64,000 nt of DNA, taken from NCBI GenBank assembly GCA_036556025.1, contig DATBKD010000093.1:1828-65827 (forward strand). Direction: 5' to 3'. Under the pieces are notes generated by a model. It did no database searches. It saw only the letters and a program-made list of their open reading frames with translations, and was not told the origin of the DNA. Of this stretch, positions 20,484-28,914 are shown piece after piece. The DNA comes from Gemmatimonadales bacterium. Its GTDB lineage: Bacteria; Gemmatimonadota; Gemmatimonadetes; Gemmatimonadales; GWC2-71-9. Position numbers and translations under genes: made by a program. The first letter of the stretch is position 1, and each line of letters opens with the position of its first letter.

Positions 20484-21086
20484 TCAAGCGCGGGCGAGCA
20501 GCGCCCGCCAAACCTCCGCCGTCGCCCGCTCGAGGGCGGCGTGGTCCCCGTCGTTGTCGATCACGTAATCGCTCCGGGCACGCTTGGGGCCGGAGGGATT
20601 TTGGGAAGCGAGCATGCGATCTGCCTCCTCCGCTGAGAGGCCCCGATCGGCCAGCAGACGCGCGCGCCGCACCGGCTCGGGTGCGTCGACCAGCACCACC
20701 GCGTCGAACTCAGCCGGATCTGCCGTCTCGAACAGGAGCGGGATATCACTGATCACGATCCGATCGCCCCGGGCGCGGGCGGCCTGTAACAGTTCCTCCC
20801 GCCGGCGCTGCACCACGGGATGGACAATGTGGTTGAGCTGATCCAACGCCGCGCGATGGCCCATGACCCGGCGTCGGAGCCGGGGTCGGTCCAGCGCTCC
20901 ATCGGGCAGGATCATCTCCGAGCCGAACCGGGCGGCGATGTCGCGCAGGAGCGGACTTCCCGGCGCCTGAGCTTCCCGGACCAGCTCATCCGCTACGATC
21001 ACCGTCGCGCCCCATCGCCGGAACAGCTCGGCCACGGTGGATTTGCCGGAGGCGATGTTGCCGGTCAGTCCGACAGAGAGAGTCAC
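20484..21086 (-). CDS. coaE: Dephospho-CoA kinase
   Basis: GTG start. (M)TLSVGLTGNIASGKSTVAELF P-loop and overall CoaE length (200 aa). Confidence 0.9.
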   Translation of the reverse strand: MTLSVGLTGNIASGKSTVAELFRRWGATVIVADELVREAQAPGSPLLRDIAARFGSEMILPDGALDRPRLRRRVMGHRAALDQLNHIVHPVVQRRREELLQAARARGDRIVISDIPLLFETADPAEFDAVVLVDAPEPVRRARLLADRGLSAEEADRMLASQNPSGPKRARSDYVIDNDGDHAALERATAEVWRALLARA

Positions 21087-21259
21087 GCGTCGCGGGGTCG
21101 CGGGTCGCGGGGGTTCCGCTTGGCCAATGCCCGCATCAGAGAAAGCAGCATTCCTCGGACTGAGTGTAGTTGGGCGCTCAAGTCAGCAAAGACAGAACTG
21201 TCGAGCAGGCTTCCTCAGGATTGCTGAGTCTTCTAAGCTCCATGATCTCATTGAGCTCC

Positions 21260-21865
21260 TCAAAGCAGCGCCGTTTGATCTTCATCCTTCCTCGGCACTT
21301 TGTGACAATGCCGGCAGCGGGCTTCGTAGCTCTCCCGCCCTCCCACCATGATGGTGGGCGAGTCGTATCGGGCCGGCTTTCCGTTGAGCAGCCGCTGGTT
21401 GCGGCAGGCGGGATCACCGCAGACGACGCAGATCGCCTGCAACTTGTCCACCATTTCGGCGATCGCCATGAGCTCCCCCATCGAGCCGAAGGGCTCGCCC
21501 CGGAAATCGGTGTCCGTCCCCGCGAGGATGACCCGCGCCCCCCGATTCGCGAGCAAGGTCGAGACGGTCACCACGTCCGGGTCCAGGAATTGGGCCTCGT
21601 CGATCGCTACGATCTGCGTATCCGGACGCACCAGCCGGTAGATCTCGGCGGCCGAATCCACCGGGGACGCGTCCAGCTCGGTACCATCGTGACTGGTCAC
21701 GCTGTAGAGTCCCGCGTATCGGCTGTCGAGATGAGACTTGAAAACTTGCACCTTTCGGCGGGCGATAATCCCGCGGCGCACTCTACGGATGAGCTCCTCG
21801 CTCTTGCCGCTGAACATGACGCCGCAGATCACCTCGATCCAGCCGGGGTGCATGCCATAGTTCAT
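21260..21865 (-). CDS. tdk: Thymidine kinase
   Basis: [18 protein letters not shown]-loop. C-terminal zinc ribbon CVVCG...CRHC. Confidence 0.9.
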   Translation of the reverse strand: MNYGMHPGWIEVICGVMFSGKSEELIRRVRRGIIARRKVQVFKSHLDSRYAGLYSVTSHDGTELDASPVDSAAEIYRLVRPDTQIVAIDEAQFLDPDVVTVSTLLANRGARVILAGTDTDFRGEPFGSMGELMAIAEMVDKLQAICVVCGDPACRNQRLLNGKPARYDSPTIMVGGRESYEARCRHCHKVPRKDEDQTALL

Positions 21866-21995
21866 GGCCGGGTCTCCGCGTCATTGGGTAAGGGACGCAA
21901 ATCTAGAGTTTCGGGCGCGAAACTCCAGCCATCTTGCGGCGCTCTCGCTCGCTCGGCGATATTCGTGCCCCTGCGCACCGACTGAGGCCGTCTCC

Positions 21996-22286
21996 GTGAA
22001 CAAACAGGGATTGATCGATGCCGTCGCCCAGCGCCTGGGAATCACGAAGGGCAAGGCGGCCGAGATCACCGATGCGTTCTTCGCACCTGCGGGTATCATC
22101 GCCTCGGAGCTGCGGCGGGGAGGTCGGGTCACGATCACCGGATTCGGCAGCTTCGAGACCCGCCGCCGCGCCGCGCGGGAAGGCAGGAATCCTCGAACCG
22201 GCAAGGCCATCAACCTGAAGGCCTCCACCGCGCCGGCGTTCAAGGCGGGGAAGGCATTGAAGGAGCTGGTCAACAAGAAGCGCTAG
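21996..22286 (+). CDS. hup: Nucleoid-associated DNA-binding protein HU
   Basis: GTG 21996 is in frame with track ORF 21864..22286. (M)NKQGLIDAVA...GFGSFETRRRAAREGRNPRTG is the HU/IHF signature. Confidence 0.9.
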   Translation: MNKQGLIDAVAQRLGITKGKAAEITDAFFAPAGIIASELRRGGRVTITGFGSFETRRRAAREGRNPRTGKAINLKASTAPAFKAGKALKELVNKKR

Positions 22287-22318
22287 TCGCCAGTCTCAGG
22301 GTGGCAAGTCGCAAGTTT

Positions 22319-23875
22319 TCAAGTGCTCGGTCCGCGCGGCCTGTGAGCGGAGCCACGAGGCTTGTGACTGGAGACCTGAGACTGGTGACCAGGTCTCCCC
22401 TGATCCACCCGCGCGATCACCCGCTTTCGTCGAATGGTTCTTCCGTTGAGTCCGCTGGCCACGGCCTCGGCCTCCTGCGCCGGAACCTCGATCAGCGCGT
22501 ACCCATCCTGCAACTCCACTCGGCCGATCTTCTGCCGCTGGACTCGAACCTCCTTGGTGAGTACCGCGACAAGGTCGTTGACCGTCGCTCCATCCCGCTT
22601 GCCTATGCCGACGAAAACCTTGGCGACCGGAGCGACCTCGACTTTGGCCGCTGACGCCTCGCGGGGCGAGGCTGTCCACAAGTCGTACAGCGCGGCCGCC
22701 ACCGCCGACGGATCGTAGCGCTCGAACAAAGGGGCTAAGGTGAGGAGGGCGCGCTCCGGCGATGCGTTCTCCAGGGCCCGCACAATGGCCGAACGCCTGG
22801 CACTGGCTTCGGCGGTGACCTGGTCCACCAGACCCGACAACCGCAGGGGCCGGGCGGGTGACGCGATCGCTGCCACGTAGCTCTCAGCCCCAGGGGGCAC
22901 CAGCAGCACCACGTCGCCGGCGTCGAGCAGCTGGCGAAGACGTCGGACGCTGGGCAGATCGTAAGCCAGGATGAGCGCCGCCTTCGCCGCGTCGCCGATT
23001 ACAATCTGGATGTCCGACTCCGCCCCACCGAGAATGTGCCGGATGGTGGCGTGGGCGCTGCGATCGGCTGTCCAGATAACCAGCGAGCTCGGATCCAGCA
23101 GCTCCAGCAGCTCGGTGATGGCTCTTGGGCGATCCGCCCACGGCACGCTGACGGTCCGTACCGGTCCCACCGGTCCGCCTTCACCTTCCGGGGCCCCCAC
23201 GGTTAGCGCCCGCCGGGCATACCGTTCAATTAGATCGGCTGCCCTGGACGGTAAGGCGGTGAGGATCACGCGCTGAGTGTCTTTGGGGAGATCCTGCATG
23301 AGCGGGGTGAGGCTGGAGTCCTCGGCCCACTGCTCCGGCCAGGCGAGCAGGACGCCGCTCACGCGATCCTGGCGCAAGGCGGAGCGGCCCTGCAGCTCAG
23401 GAATCGAATCCGGTGGAGCGATGAGCAGATCCACCCCGTCACGCAGGCGGCGGAGCGCCCGGGCGATGCCCCGGGTCACGTGGACCCGGAGACCCGCCTC
23501 TCCCCCCAAGTCGTTCGCCAGTGCGCCCCACTCGCCGAGTTGCGCCGCCGGGCAGAGAACCAAAGCCATCCGATCGGGTTCGACTCGGGTGAGAAGCCCC
23601 GCCAGTGGCGGCGCCCCGTACGGGGGGCCCGGCGGTGCCACCACCACGAGGTTATGCCCTCTGACGGCGGTTGGCAGCGCGTCCTTTACCAGCGGGTCCT
23701 GCATCGTCCATCCCCCGCGCTCGAGCGCTGCACCAATGGAAGGCGACACGTGGAGCGACTCGAACATGGGCACGGGGGCACTCCGGATCGCGGCCCCGCC
23801 AAGGTAAGCGGTGGAGCCTCTCGAACCAAGGCTTGCGGTGTCGCGCGCGGACGGTGTGGGGCTGGTGGTTGACAT
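22319..23875 (-). CDS. DEAD-box-helicase-like protein with degenerate catalytic motifs and a C-terminal DbpA-type RNA-binding domain
   Basis: The architecture aligns by eye to DEAD-box proteins, but motif I is APPGPPYGA, motif II is LLAWPEQW and motif III is TAL. The C-terminus KVFVGIGKRDGATVNDLVAVL...ALIEVP matches the DbpA RBD. The start could also be ATG 23767 (MFESLHVSP). Confidence 0.7.
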   Translation of the reverse strand: MSTTSPTPSARDTASLGSRGSTAYLGGAAIRSAPVPMFESLHVSPSIGAALERGGWTMQDPLVKDALPTAVRGHNLVVVAPPGPPYGAPPLAGLLTRVEPDRMALVLCPAAQLGEWGALANDLGGEAGLRVHVTRGIARALRRLRDGVDLLIAPPDSIPELQGRSALRQDRVSGVLLAWPEQWAEDSSLTPLMQDLPKDTQRVILTALPSRAADLIERYARRALTVGAPEGEGGPVGPVRTVSVPWADRPRAITELLELLDPSSLVIWTADRSAHATIRHILGGAESDIQIVIGDAAKAALILAYDLPSVRRLRQLLDAGDVVLLVPPGAESYVAAIASPARPLRLSGLVDQVTAEASARRSAIVRALENASPERALLTLAPLFERYDPSAVAAALYDLWTASPREASAAKVEVAPVAKVFVGIGKRDGATVNDLVAVLTKEVRVQRQKIGRVELQDGYALIEVPAQEAEAVASGLNGRTIRRKRVIARVDQGRPGHQSQVSSHKPRGSAHRPRGPST

Positions 23876-23937
23876 CGCCGATCCGACGGCGAACTTTCCT
23901 CCATTCTCGGTCCATCTTCACTGTACCGGATCCATCG

Positions 23938-25149
23938 ATGCCAGACCCCCTCTCGCTCAACGTGCAGCACCTGAAGGCCTCAGAGACCGTCGCCATCAGC
24001 AATGAGGCGAAACGGCGCAAGGCCGCCGGTGAAGACGTTCTGGACCTCGGCGTCGGGGAGCCCGACTTCGATACTCCCGTCCCGGCAGCTCAGGCAGGGG
24101 TTCAGGCAGTACAACGAGGGATGACCCGCTATCCGCCCAACGTCGGCATCGCGGAACTCCGGCGGGCGATCGCGCAGCAGCTGAGCCAGCTCTCCGGCGG
24201 AAGGCCCGTCGACCCGGATCGGCTGGTGGTCAGCTCCGGCTCCAAGCAATCCATCTTTAACGCCTGCTTCACCCTCTTTGGGCCCACGGATCGAGTGCTG
24301 ATCCCTGCCCCCGCCTGGGTCTCCTATCCCCAGATCGTCCACCTCTGTCGCGCAGAGCCGGTCTTGGTCCCGGGTGATGTCGAGTGGGGACTCAAGGTGA
24401 GCGTAAAGGATCTCGACCGCCAGAGTAACCGGATGACCCGAGGGCTCATTCTCTGTTCGCCCTGCAACCCCACCGGCGCGGTTTACACCTTGCCCGAGCT
24501 CAAGGCCATCGCCGAGTGGGCCAAGAAGAATGAGATCTGGATCATCTCCGACGAGATCTATCGGCGGATCCACTTCGGACCGGGGCCGGCTGCGTCGCTG
24601 CTCGACCTTCCCGACGACCTGCTCGAGCGCACCGTGATCATCTACGGGGCCAGCAAGGCCTACGCGATGACTGGCTGGCGAATCGGGGCGGCGTGGGCGC
24701 CGCCACACCTCACCAAAGCGATGGCCGCACTGCAGTCCCACACCACGACCGGCGCCAACCATCCGGCGCAGTGGGCTGCGGCGACGGCGTTCACTGACGA
24801 ACGGGTCGAAGCGGAAGTGGTGAGGATGGTCGCCGCCTTCCGCCATCGCCGAGATTACCTGGTCGGCCGCTTCCGGGCTGAGCTGCCCGGGATCGAGTTC
24901 GTGGAGCCCCACGGCGCGTTTTACTTCTTCTTCCGGGTCGATGGTATCCGGGAGAAGGATCCGGTGACCGGACAGGCCTTCTGCGAGCAGCTGATGAAGC
25001 AGGAGGGGGTCGCCCTCGTTCCCGGCGGCGCCTTTGCCGACGATCGGTGGGTTCGTCTGAGCTATGCCGTCTCCGACTCGGAGCTGGAGCAGGCGCTGGA
25101 TCGAATCGTTCGGTTCGTTCAGCGGCTGGCGTCGGCACGTGCCGCCTAG
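23938..25149 (+). CDS. Class I/II pyridoxal-phosphate aminotransferase (aspartate aminotransferase-like)
   Basis: ATG 23938 is in frame with track ORF 23671..25149. LDLGVGEPDFDTP, SDEIYRRI and the PLP lysine in YGASKAYAMTGWRIG. Confidence 0.9.
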   Translation: MPDPLSLNVQHLKASETVAISNEAKRRKAAGEDVLDLGVGEPDFDTPVPAAQAGVQAVQRGMTRYPPNVGIAELRRAIAQQLSQLSGGRPVDPDRLVVSSGSKQSIFNACFTLFGPTDRVLIPAPAWVSYPQIVHLCRAEPVLVPGDVEWGLKVSVKDLDRQSNRMTRGLILCSPCNPTGAVYTLPELKAIAEWAKKNEIWIISDEIYRRIHFGPGPAASLLDLPDDLLERTVIIYGASKAYAMTGWRIGAAWAPPHLTKAMAALQSHTTTGANHPAQWAAATAFTDERVEAEVVRMVAAFRHRRDYLVGRFRAELPGIEFVEPHGAFYFFFRVDGIREKDPVTGQAFCEQLMKQEGVALVPGGAFADDRWVRLSYAVSDSELEQALDRIVRFVQRLASARAA

Positions 25150-25675
25150 AGCCGGGACCTCGCGGGTCGAGGCGCAGGTCGAGCCGCTTACCGGCCATTT
25201 GCCCAACATCGCCTGGCGCTGGGATCCGGAGACCGACATCCTTTCCGGCTCCTTCAAGGGAAACCGAAAGAGCGGGGGACTCACCGGCACGGTCGAGCTT
25301 ACCGACGCCGAGGGCTCGGTGGCGGTGCTGGACGTGAACAACGGGGTCATCTGTGGGCTCGACGTGGTGGTCTGGCCCGAGGTAACGACCGCGGCGGAGC
25401 TCCGAGTCCCAGCTCAGCTCGCCGACGGCCGGGTGGTTCTTCCCTCTCGGACCCCGCCAGCGGGAGGCGTCTCCTCGGTCGAGGTCGACACCAGCCTCTC
25501 GGTTCAGACCAACTCGGCGGAGAGCATCTTCCATCTGCGCATTGGCCCGAAGCGCAAGGTCGACCTGATCCGGGTGGCCGATAACTTTTATGTGGAGGTC
25601 GATCAGGAGGGAGGACTGGCGGGATTCTGGATGACCAACGTGCCGCCGTTTACCGCATTTGAGGAGGAAATGTAG
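25064..25675 (+). CDS. Hypothetical protein (start uncertain)
   Basis: The open frame runs 25064..25675. ATG 25064 would overlap the aminotransferase by 86 nt. In-frame TTG 25199 (MPNIAWRWDPETD...) is an alternative. No family recognised. Confidence 0.45.
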   Translation: MPSPTRSWSRRWIESFGSFSGWRRHVPPRAGTSRVEAQVEPLTGHLPNIAWRWDPETDILSGSFKGNRKSGGLTGTVELTDAEGSVAVLDVNNGVICGLDVVVWPEVTTAAELRVPAQLADGRVVLPSRTPPAGGVSSVEVDTSLSVQTNSAESIFHLRIGPKRKVDLIRVADNFYVEVDQEGGLAGFWMTNVPPFTAFEEEM

Positions 25676-25733
25676 TTTCCCGGCTGTAACCCACCGTCAA
25701 TTCCCGTCCGGTTGATCATTCATCGGCAAAGTG

Positions 25734-26195
25734 CTACCAGCCGCGGACCCGGGCACCAGCCTGGGCTCGCGAATGAACCCCGAGCTTAGCGAGCACGTGC
25801 TGCGTGTGATGCCGGGCAGTATGGGGACTGACCCTGAGCACGGAAGCAATATCCTCGTTGGATCGGCCTTCAGCGAGGAGCATTGCTACCTGCGTCTCAC
25901 GGGGGGTGAGCCCGTATTGCAGCTGGAAGTAGACCGCGCGGGACTGCTCCGGAGCACCGTTCCCGTTCGCCGTCGGGGGAGGTGCCACAGTACCCAGCCG
26001 CGCCCTGAGCGCCCGCAACTTCGTCAGCGAGGTGCGGATCTGCTCAAGAATTGCCTCGCTGTCGCGGCGAAGCGTGGTGAGAGCGGAGACTGCGGCCACC
26101 CAACGATGCTGAAAAACCGGAAAGGTAGAATCCCCTTCGGCGCCCGATTCGCAGGTCGTACCGCGTATCGTCATTTCGACCGGGCCATCGACCAT
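25734..26195 (-). CDS. LuxR/GerE-family transcriptional regulator
   Basis: C-terminal HTH LTPRETQVAMLLAEGRSNEDIASVLRVSPHTARHHTQHVLAKLGV. The N-terminal half is unassigned. Confidence 0.8.
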   Translation of the reverse strand: MVDGPVEMTIRGTTCESGAEGDSTFPVFQHRWVAAVSALTTLRRDSEAILEQIRTSLTKLRALRARLGTVAPPPTANGNGAPEQSRAVYFQLQYGLTPRETQVAMLLAEGRSNEDIASVLRVSPHTARHHTQHVLAKLGVHSRAQAGARVRGW

Positions 26196-26285
26196 GTCGA
26201 CACCACCTCATTCATCGGATGGGTACAGTAACGGCACTGCGCTGGCGGTTCACAAGGTGCCCATACCGTCCTACCTTCAACCCCT

Positions 26286-27224
26286 ATGCCGCCTCCTAAT
26301 TTGTCACATCTTCGGCGACTTCTGGCCGTGAGAGGCGTCACGCCGGCGTCCGCCATCCCCGAAGCCAGTGCGGATCGGAGCTGGGAACCGACCATACGCC
26401 CCGCCCGCCTTCTGGAAGACGCATCCCTGGCCTGGCACCCGGTAGGTAAGGCGGAGCCCTGGCTCGAGCCTGTCGCCTTCCTGGACGGGGTCCAGCATGC
26501 CGAACTGGTAGGCTATGCCGGCTCCTGCCCGATCATCATCGGCGAGATCGCCGCGGCGGTGCGAGAGCGTCGAGAGCGCCGACTTCAGACGATCGCGGAG
26601 GACCGGCGCCAGCTCGCCATCGCCCGTCCCTCGGCTCTGGCCGCCGCCGGCGATGCCCTGGACCAGTGGCAGACGATCGCCCTGCCCGAGGACGAGATCG
26701 CCCACCCGGCGAGAGACCTGACCCAGGCCGCCAGAGCCCTCGACCGGGCGCGCGGCGCTCTGGAGTTGGAGCTGGCGGGACGCTACCGGGCCGTGTCCCA
26801 GGAATGGCTGGCCGTGGATGGGACATTGACCGAAAGCCCGGCATGGTCCGTAGACCCCCGGATGCTGGGCATCTCCAGAACCCATTCCACACTGCCGTTC
26901 GAGGGGTCGGACCTCCATCGCTATCTTCGTCTTCCCGTTGGACATCGCTCTTCGATCTTCTCGCCAGAGTCCCGCAACATGGCTCCGGTCCATGCCTGGG
27001 CGCTCCGGCTCTGGCCCTGGGAAGGACGGGATCTCTTCTACGGCCTGATCAAGATCGAAGTTGCCCCCGTCAACGGCACTCCAGAGATGGCGGACCTGCT
27101 GTCCCGAAAGGTACTGGCCGAACGTGCGCCGGTGAGCGCGCCACATGCCCGTTGGGACCGGCTGCTCTACGGCGTCTACTCCGTCGGGCAATATCTCGGG
27201 TCGCGAGCGCGGAACACGAACTGA
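26286..27224 (+). CDS. nurA: NurA-domain 5'-3' nuclease-like protein
   Basis: 312 aa. VAFLDGVQH and WLAVDGTLTES correspond to the two DG(S/T) acidic motifs of NurA, and GISRTHS matches the G.SK.. motif. It sits in a three-gene run with a HerA-like ATPase. Confidence 0.6.
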   Translation: MPPPNLSHLRRLLAVRGVTPASAIPEASADRSWEPTIRPARLLEDASLAWHPVGKAEPWLEPVAFLDGVQHAELVGYAGSCPIIIGEIAAAVRERRERRLQTIAEDRRQLAIARPSALAAAGDALDQWQTIALPEDEIAHPARDLTQAARALDRARGALELELAGRYRAVSQEWLAVDGTLTESPAWSVDPRMLGISRTHSTLPFEGSDLHRYLRLPVGHRSSIFSPESRNMAPVHAWALRLWPWEGRDLFYGLIKIEVAPVNGTPEMADLLSRKVLAERAPVSAPHARWDRLLYGVYSVGQYLGSRARNTN

Positions 27225-27225
27225 T

Positions 27226-28899
27226 ATGCGAAGAGATTTATCGGCCCTTTCCACCGGCGAGTTCGACCTGCTCGTGGTGGGTGGTGGCATCTGTGGAGCG
27301 GCCGCGGCTTGGGATGCCACTCAGCGAGGCCTCTCGGTCGCGCTGGTGGAGCGGAACGACTTTTCCGGAGCGACCTCCGCTGAATCTCTCAAGGTTGTGC
27401 ATGGCGGAATTCGCTACCTCCAGCATCTCGATCTCGTCCGGGTCAGAGAGTCCAGCCGCGAACGATCCGCCCTGCTGCGCATCGCGCCTCACCTGATCCA
27501 TCCCTTTCCCTTCGTGGTTCCGGCGTATGGCCATGGGATGCGCGGGCCGGAGGCACTGGCCGCTGCCTTCCTCGCGTGGGCGGTCCTCACGGCCGATCGG
27601 AATCGAGGGATCCCTGACCCGGGCCGCCACGTCCCCAGGGGACGCATCGCTTCGCGTCGGGAGGTCCTCGCCTGGTTTCCGCAAATCGAGCAGAAGGACC
27701 TCAGCGGCGCCGGCGTGTTTTGGGACGGACAGATGTACAATCCGCCCCGCCTGGTCTGGTCGTTCGTGCGCTCCGCATTGCGGGCGGGAGCAGCGGCGGC
27801 CAACCATTGCGAGGTGACCGGCCTGATTCGCCGGGCCGGGCGGGTAGTCGGTGCCACCGTGCGGGATCACCTCGGCGGCGCGGAGTTCGAGATCCGGAGT
27901 CGCGTGGTGCTGAATGCAACCGGGCCCTACGCGGAGTCCCTGCTGATGCAGGCGGGCATCCGCTCCGCCCGTGACGTTCCCTTTTCGCGGGACATGGCCG
28001 TCGTGATCCGGAGAGCTCCCGGCACGGAGCGGGCGCTGGCCCTGCAGACACGCTATCGCGATCCCGATGCAGTCCTGAGCCGAGGGTTTCGCCACATTTT
28101 TATGGTCCCCTGGCACGGTGTCACCTTGATCGGGGTCAACAGCGCCATCTTCCGAGGAGACCCCAATCGGCTTCGTGTCACGGAGGGTGAGGTTCAGGGC
28201 TTCCTGGACGAGATCAATGCGGCGGCTCCCCAGTTGAAGTTGTCGCTTGCCGACGTAGGCCTGGTGATGGCAGGGCTGCTGCCGATTGCCAAGGGCGAGC
28301 TGGTGGGTGAGGACGTGAGCTTCGGCAAACGCCCCTTGGTGGTCGACAACGCCCGGTTCGAGGGGGTGGAGGGCCTGGTCACTGCGATCGCGAACCGTTA
28401 CACCACCGCTCGAGGCGTGGCCGAGCGAGCGGTGGATCTTGCCGTGAAGAAGCTGGGTCGCGCGGCAACCCCCTGCCGGACCACGGAGACCCCGCTCTAC
28501 GGTGGCGACTTTTCCAAGTTCGATGCTCTGGTTCGCGAAGTCGCCTCCGAGGCGCCGGCGGGTCTGCCATCCGGCGCGGCGGAGCGCCTGGCCCATAACT
28601 ACGGCACCACCTATGTCGAGGTGCTCCGAATCGTCCGGCAACTGCCCGGCTGGGGTGAGCCCATCGGCGACACAGGCATCCTTCGCGCCGAGATCATTCA
28701 CGCGGTCCGGCACGAGATGGCGTTTCACCTGGCCGATTGCGTGTTCCGCCGTACCGACCTGGGCACCGCCGGCAACCCCGGCGATGAGGCCTTAGAGGTC
28801 GCGGCCGATCTCGCCGCGGGTGAGCTCGGCTGGACCCCCGCTCAAACCAAGGCGGAGCTGCGCGAGGTCCGCGCCCGATTCCCGTTCCCGAACCCCTGA
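27226..28899 (+). CDS. FAD-dependent glycerol-3-phosphate dehydrogenase/oxidase-like oxidoreductase
   Basis: ATG 27226 is separated from the nurA-like stop by a single nt. It has the dinucleotide fold DLLVVGGGICGAAAAWDATQRGLSVALVERNDF, then SLKVVHGGIRYL and a GlpD-type C-terminal domain. Confidence 0.8.
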   Translation: MRRDLSALSTGEFDLLVVGGGICGAAAAWDATQRGLSVALVERNDFSGATSAESLKVVHGGIRYLQHLDLVRVRESSRERSALLRIAPHLIHPFPFVVPAYGHGMRGPEALAAAFLAWAVLTADRNRGIPDPGRHVPRGRIASRREVLAWFPQIEQKDLSGAGVFWDGQMYNPPRLVWSFVRSALRAGAAAANHCEVTGLIRRAGRVVGATVRDHLGGAEFEIRSRVVLNATGPYAESLLMQAGIRSARDVPFSRDMAVVIRRAPGTERALALQTRYRDPDAVLSRGFRHIFMVPWHGVTLIGVNSAIFRGDPNRLRVTEGEVQGFLDEINAAAPQLKLSLADVGLVMAGLLPIAKGELVGEDVSFGKRPLVVDNARFEGVEGLVTAIANRYTTARGVAERAVDLAVKKLGRAATPCRTTETPLYGGDFSKFDALVREVASEAPAGLPSGAAERLAHNYGTTYVEVLRIVRQLPGWGEPIGDTGILRAEIIHAVRHEMAFHLADCVFRRTDLGTAGNPGDEALEVAADLAAGELGWTPAQTKAELREVRARFPFPNP

Positions 28900-28914
28900 G
28901 ACACATTTAGCATC

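Noticed and set aside
21087-21113. Three tandem GTCGCGG(G) units just upstream of the coaE start
   Set aside because: The tract is short and GC-rich low-complexity, with only three imperfect copies. There is no evidence of a functional repeat or a phase-variable tract within a coding frame.
20429-21259. Looked for a glycine riboswitch upstream of gcvH (and upstream of coaE)
   Set aside because: Only 55 nt separate gcvH from coaE. Neither that gap nor the 173-nt gap 21087-21259 contains the conserved glycine-riboswitch core as I remember it (GGAGAG ... ACCGAAGGGGCAA-like). A covariance-model search (Rfam RF00504) would be decisive.
25573-25580. Exact GCCGATAA octamer on the plus strand
   Set aside because: It lies inside the coding region of 25064..25675 and has no TAAA-like -35 at N15. 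It is probably a chance match.
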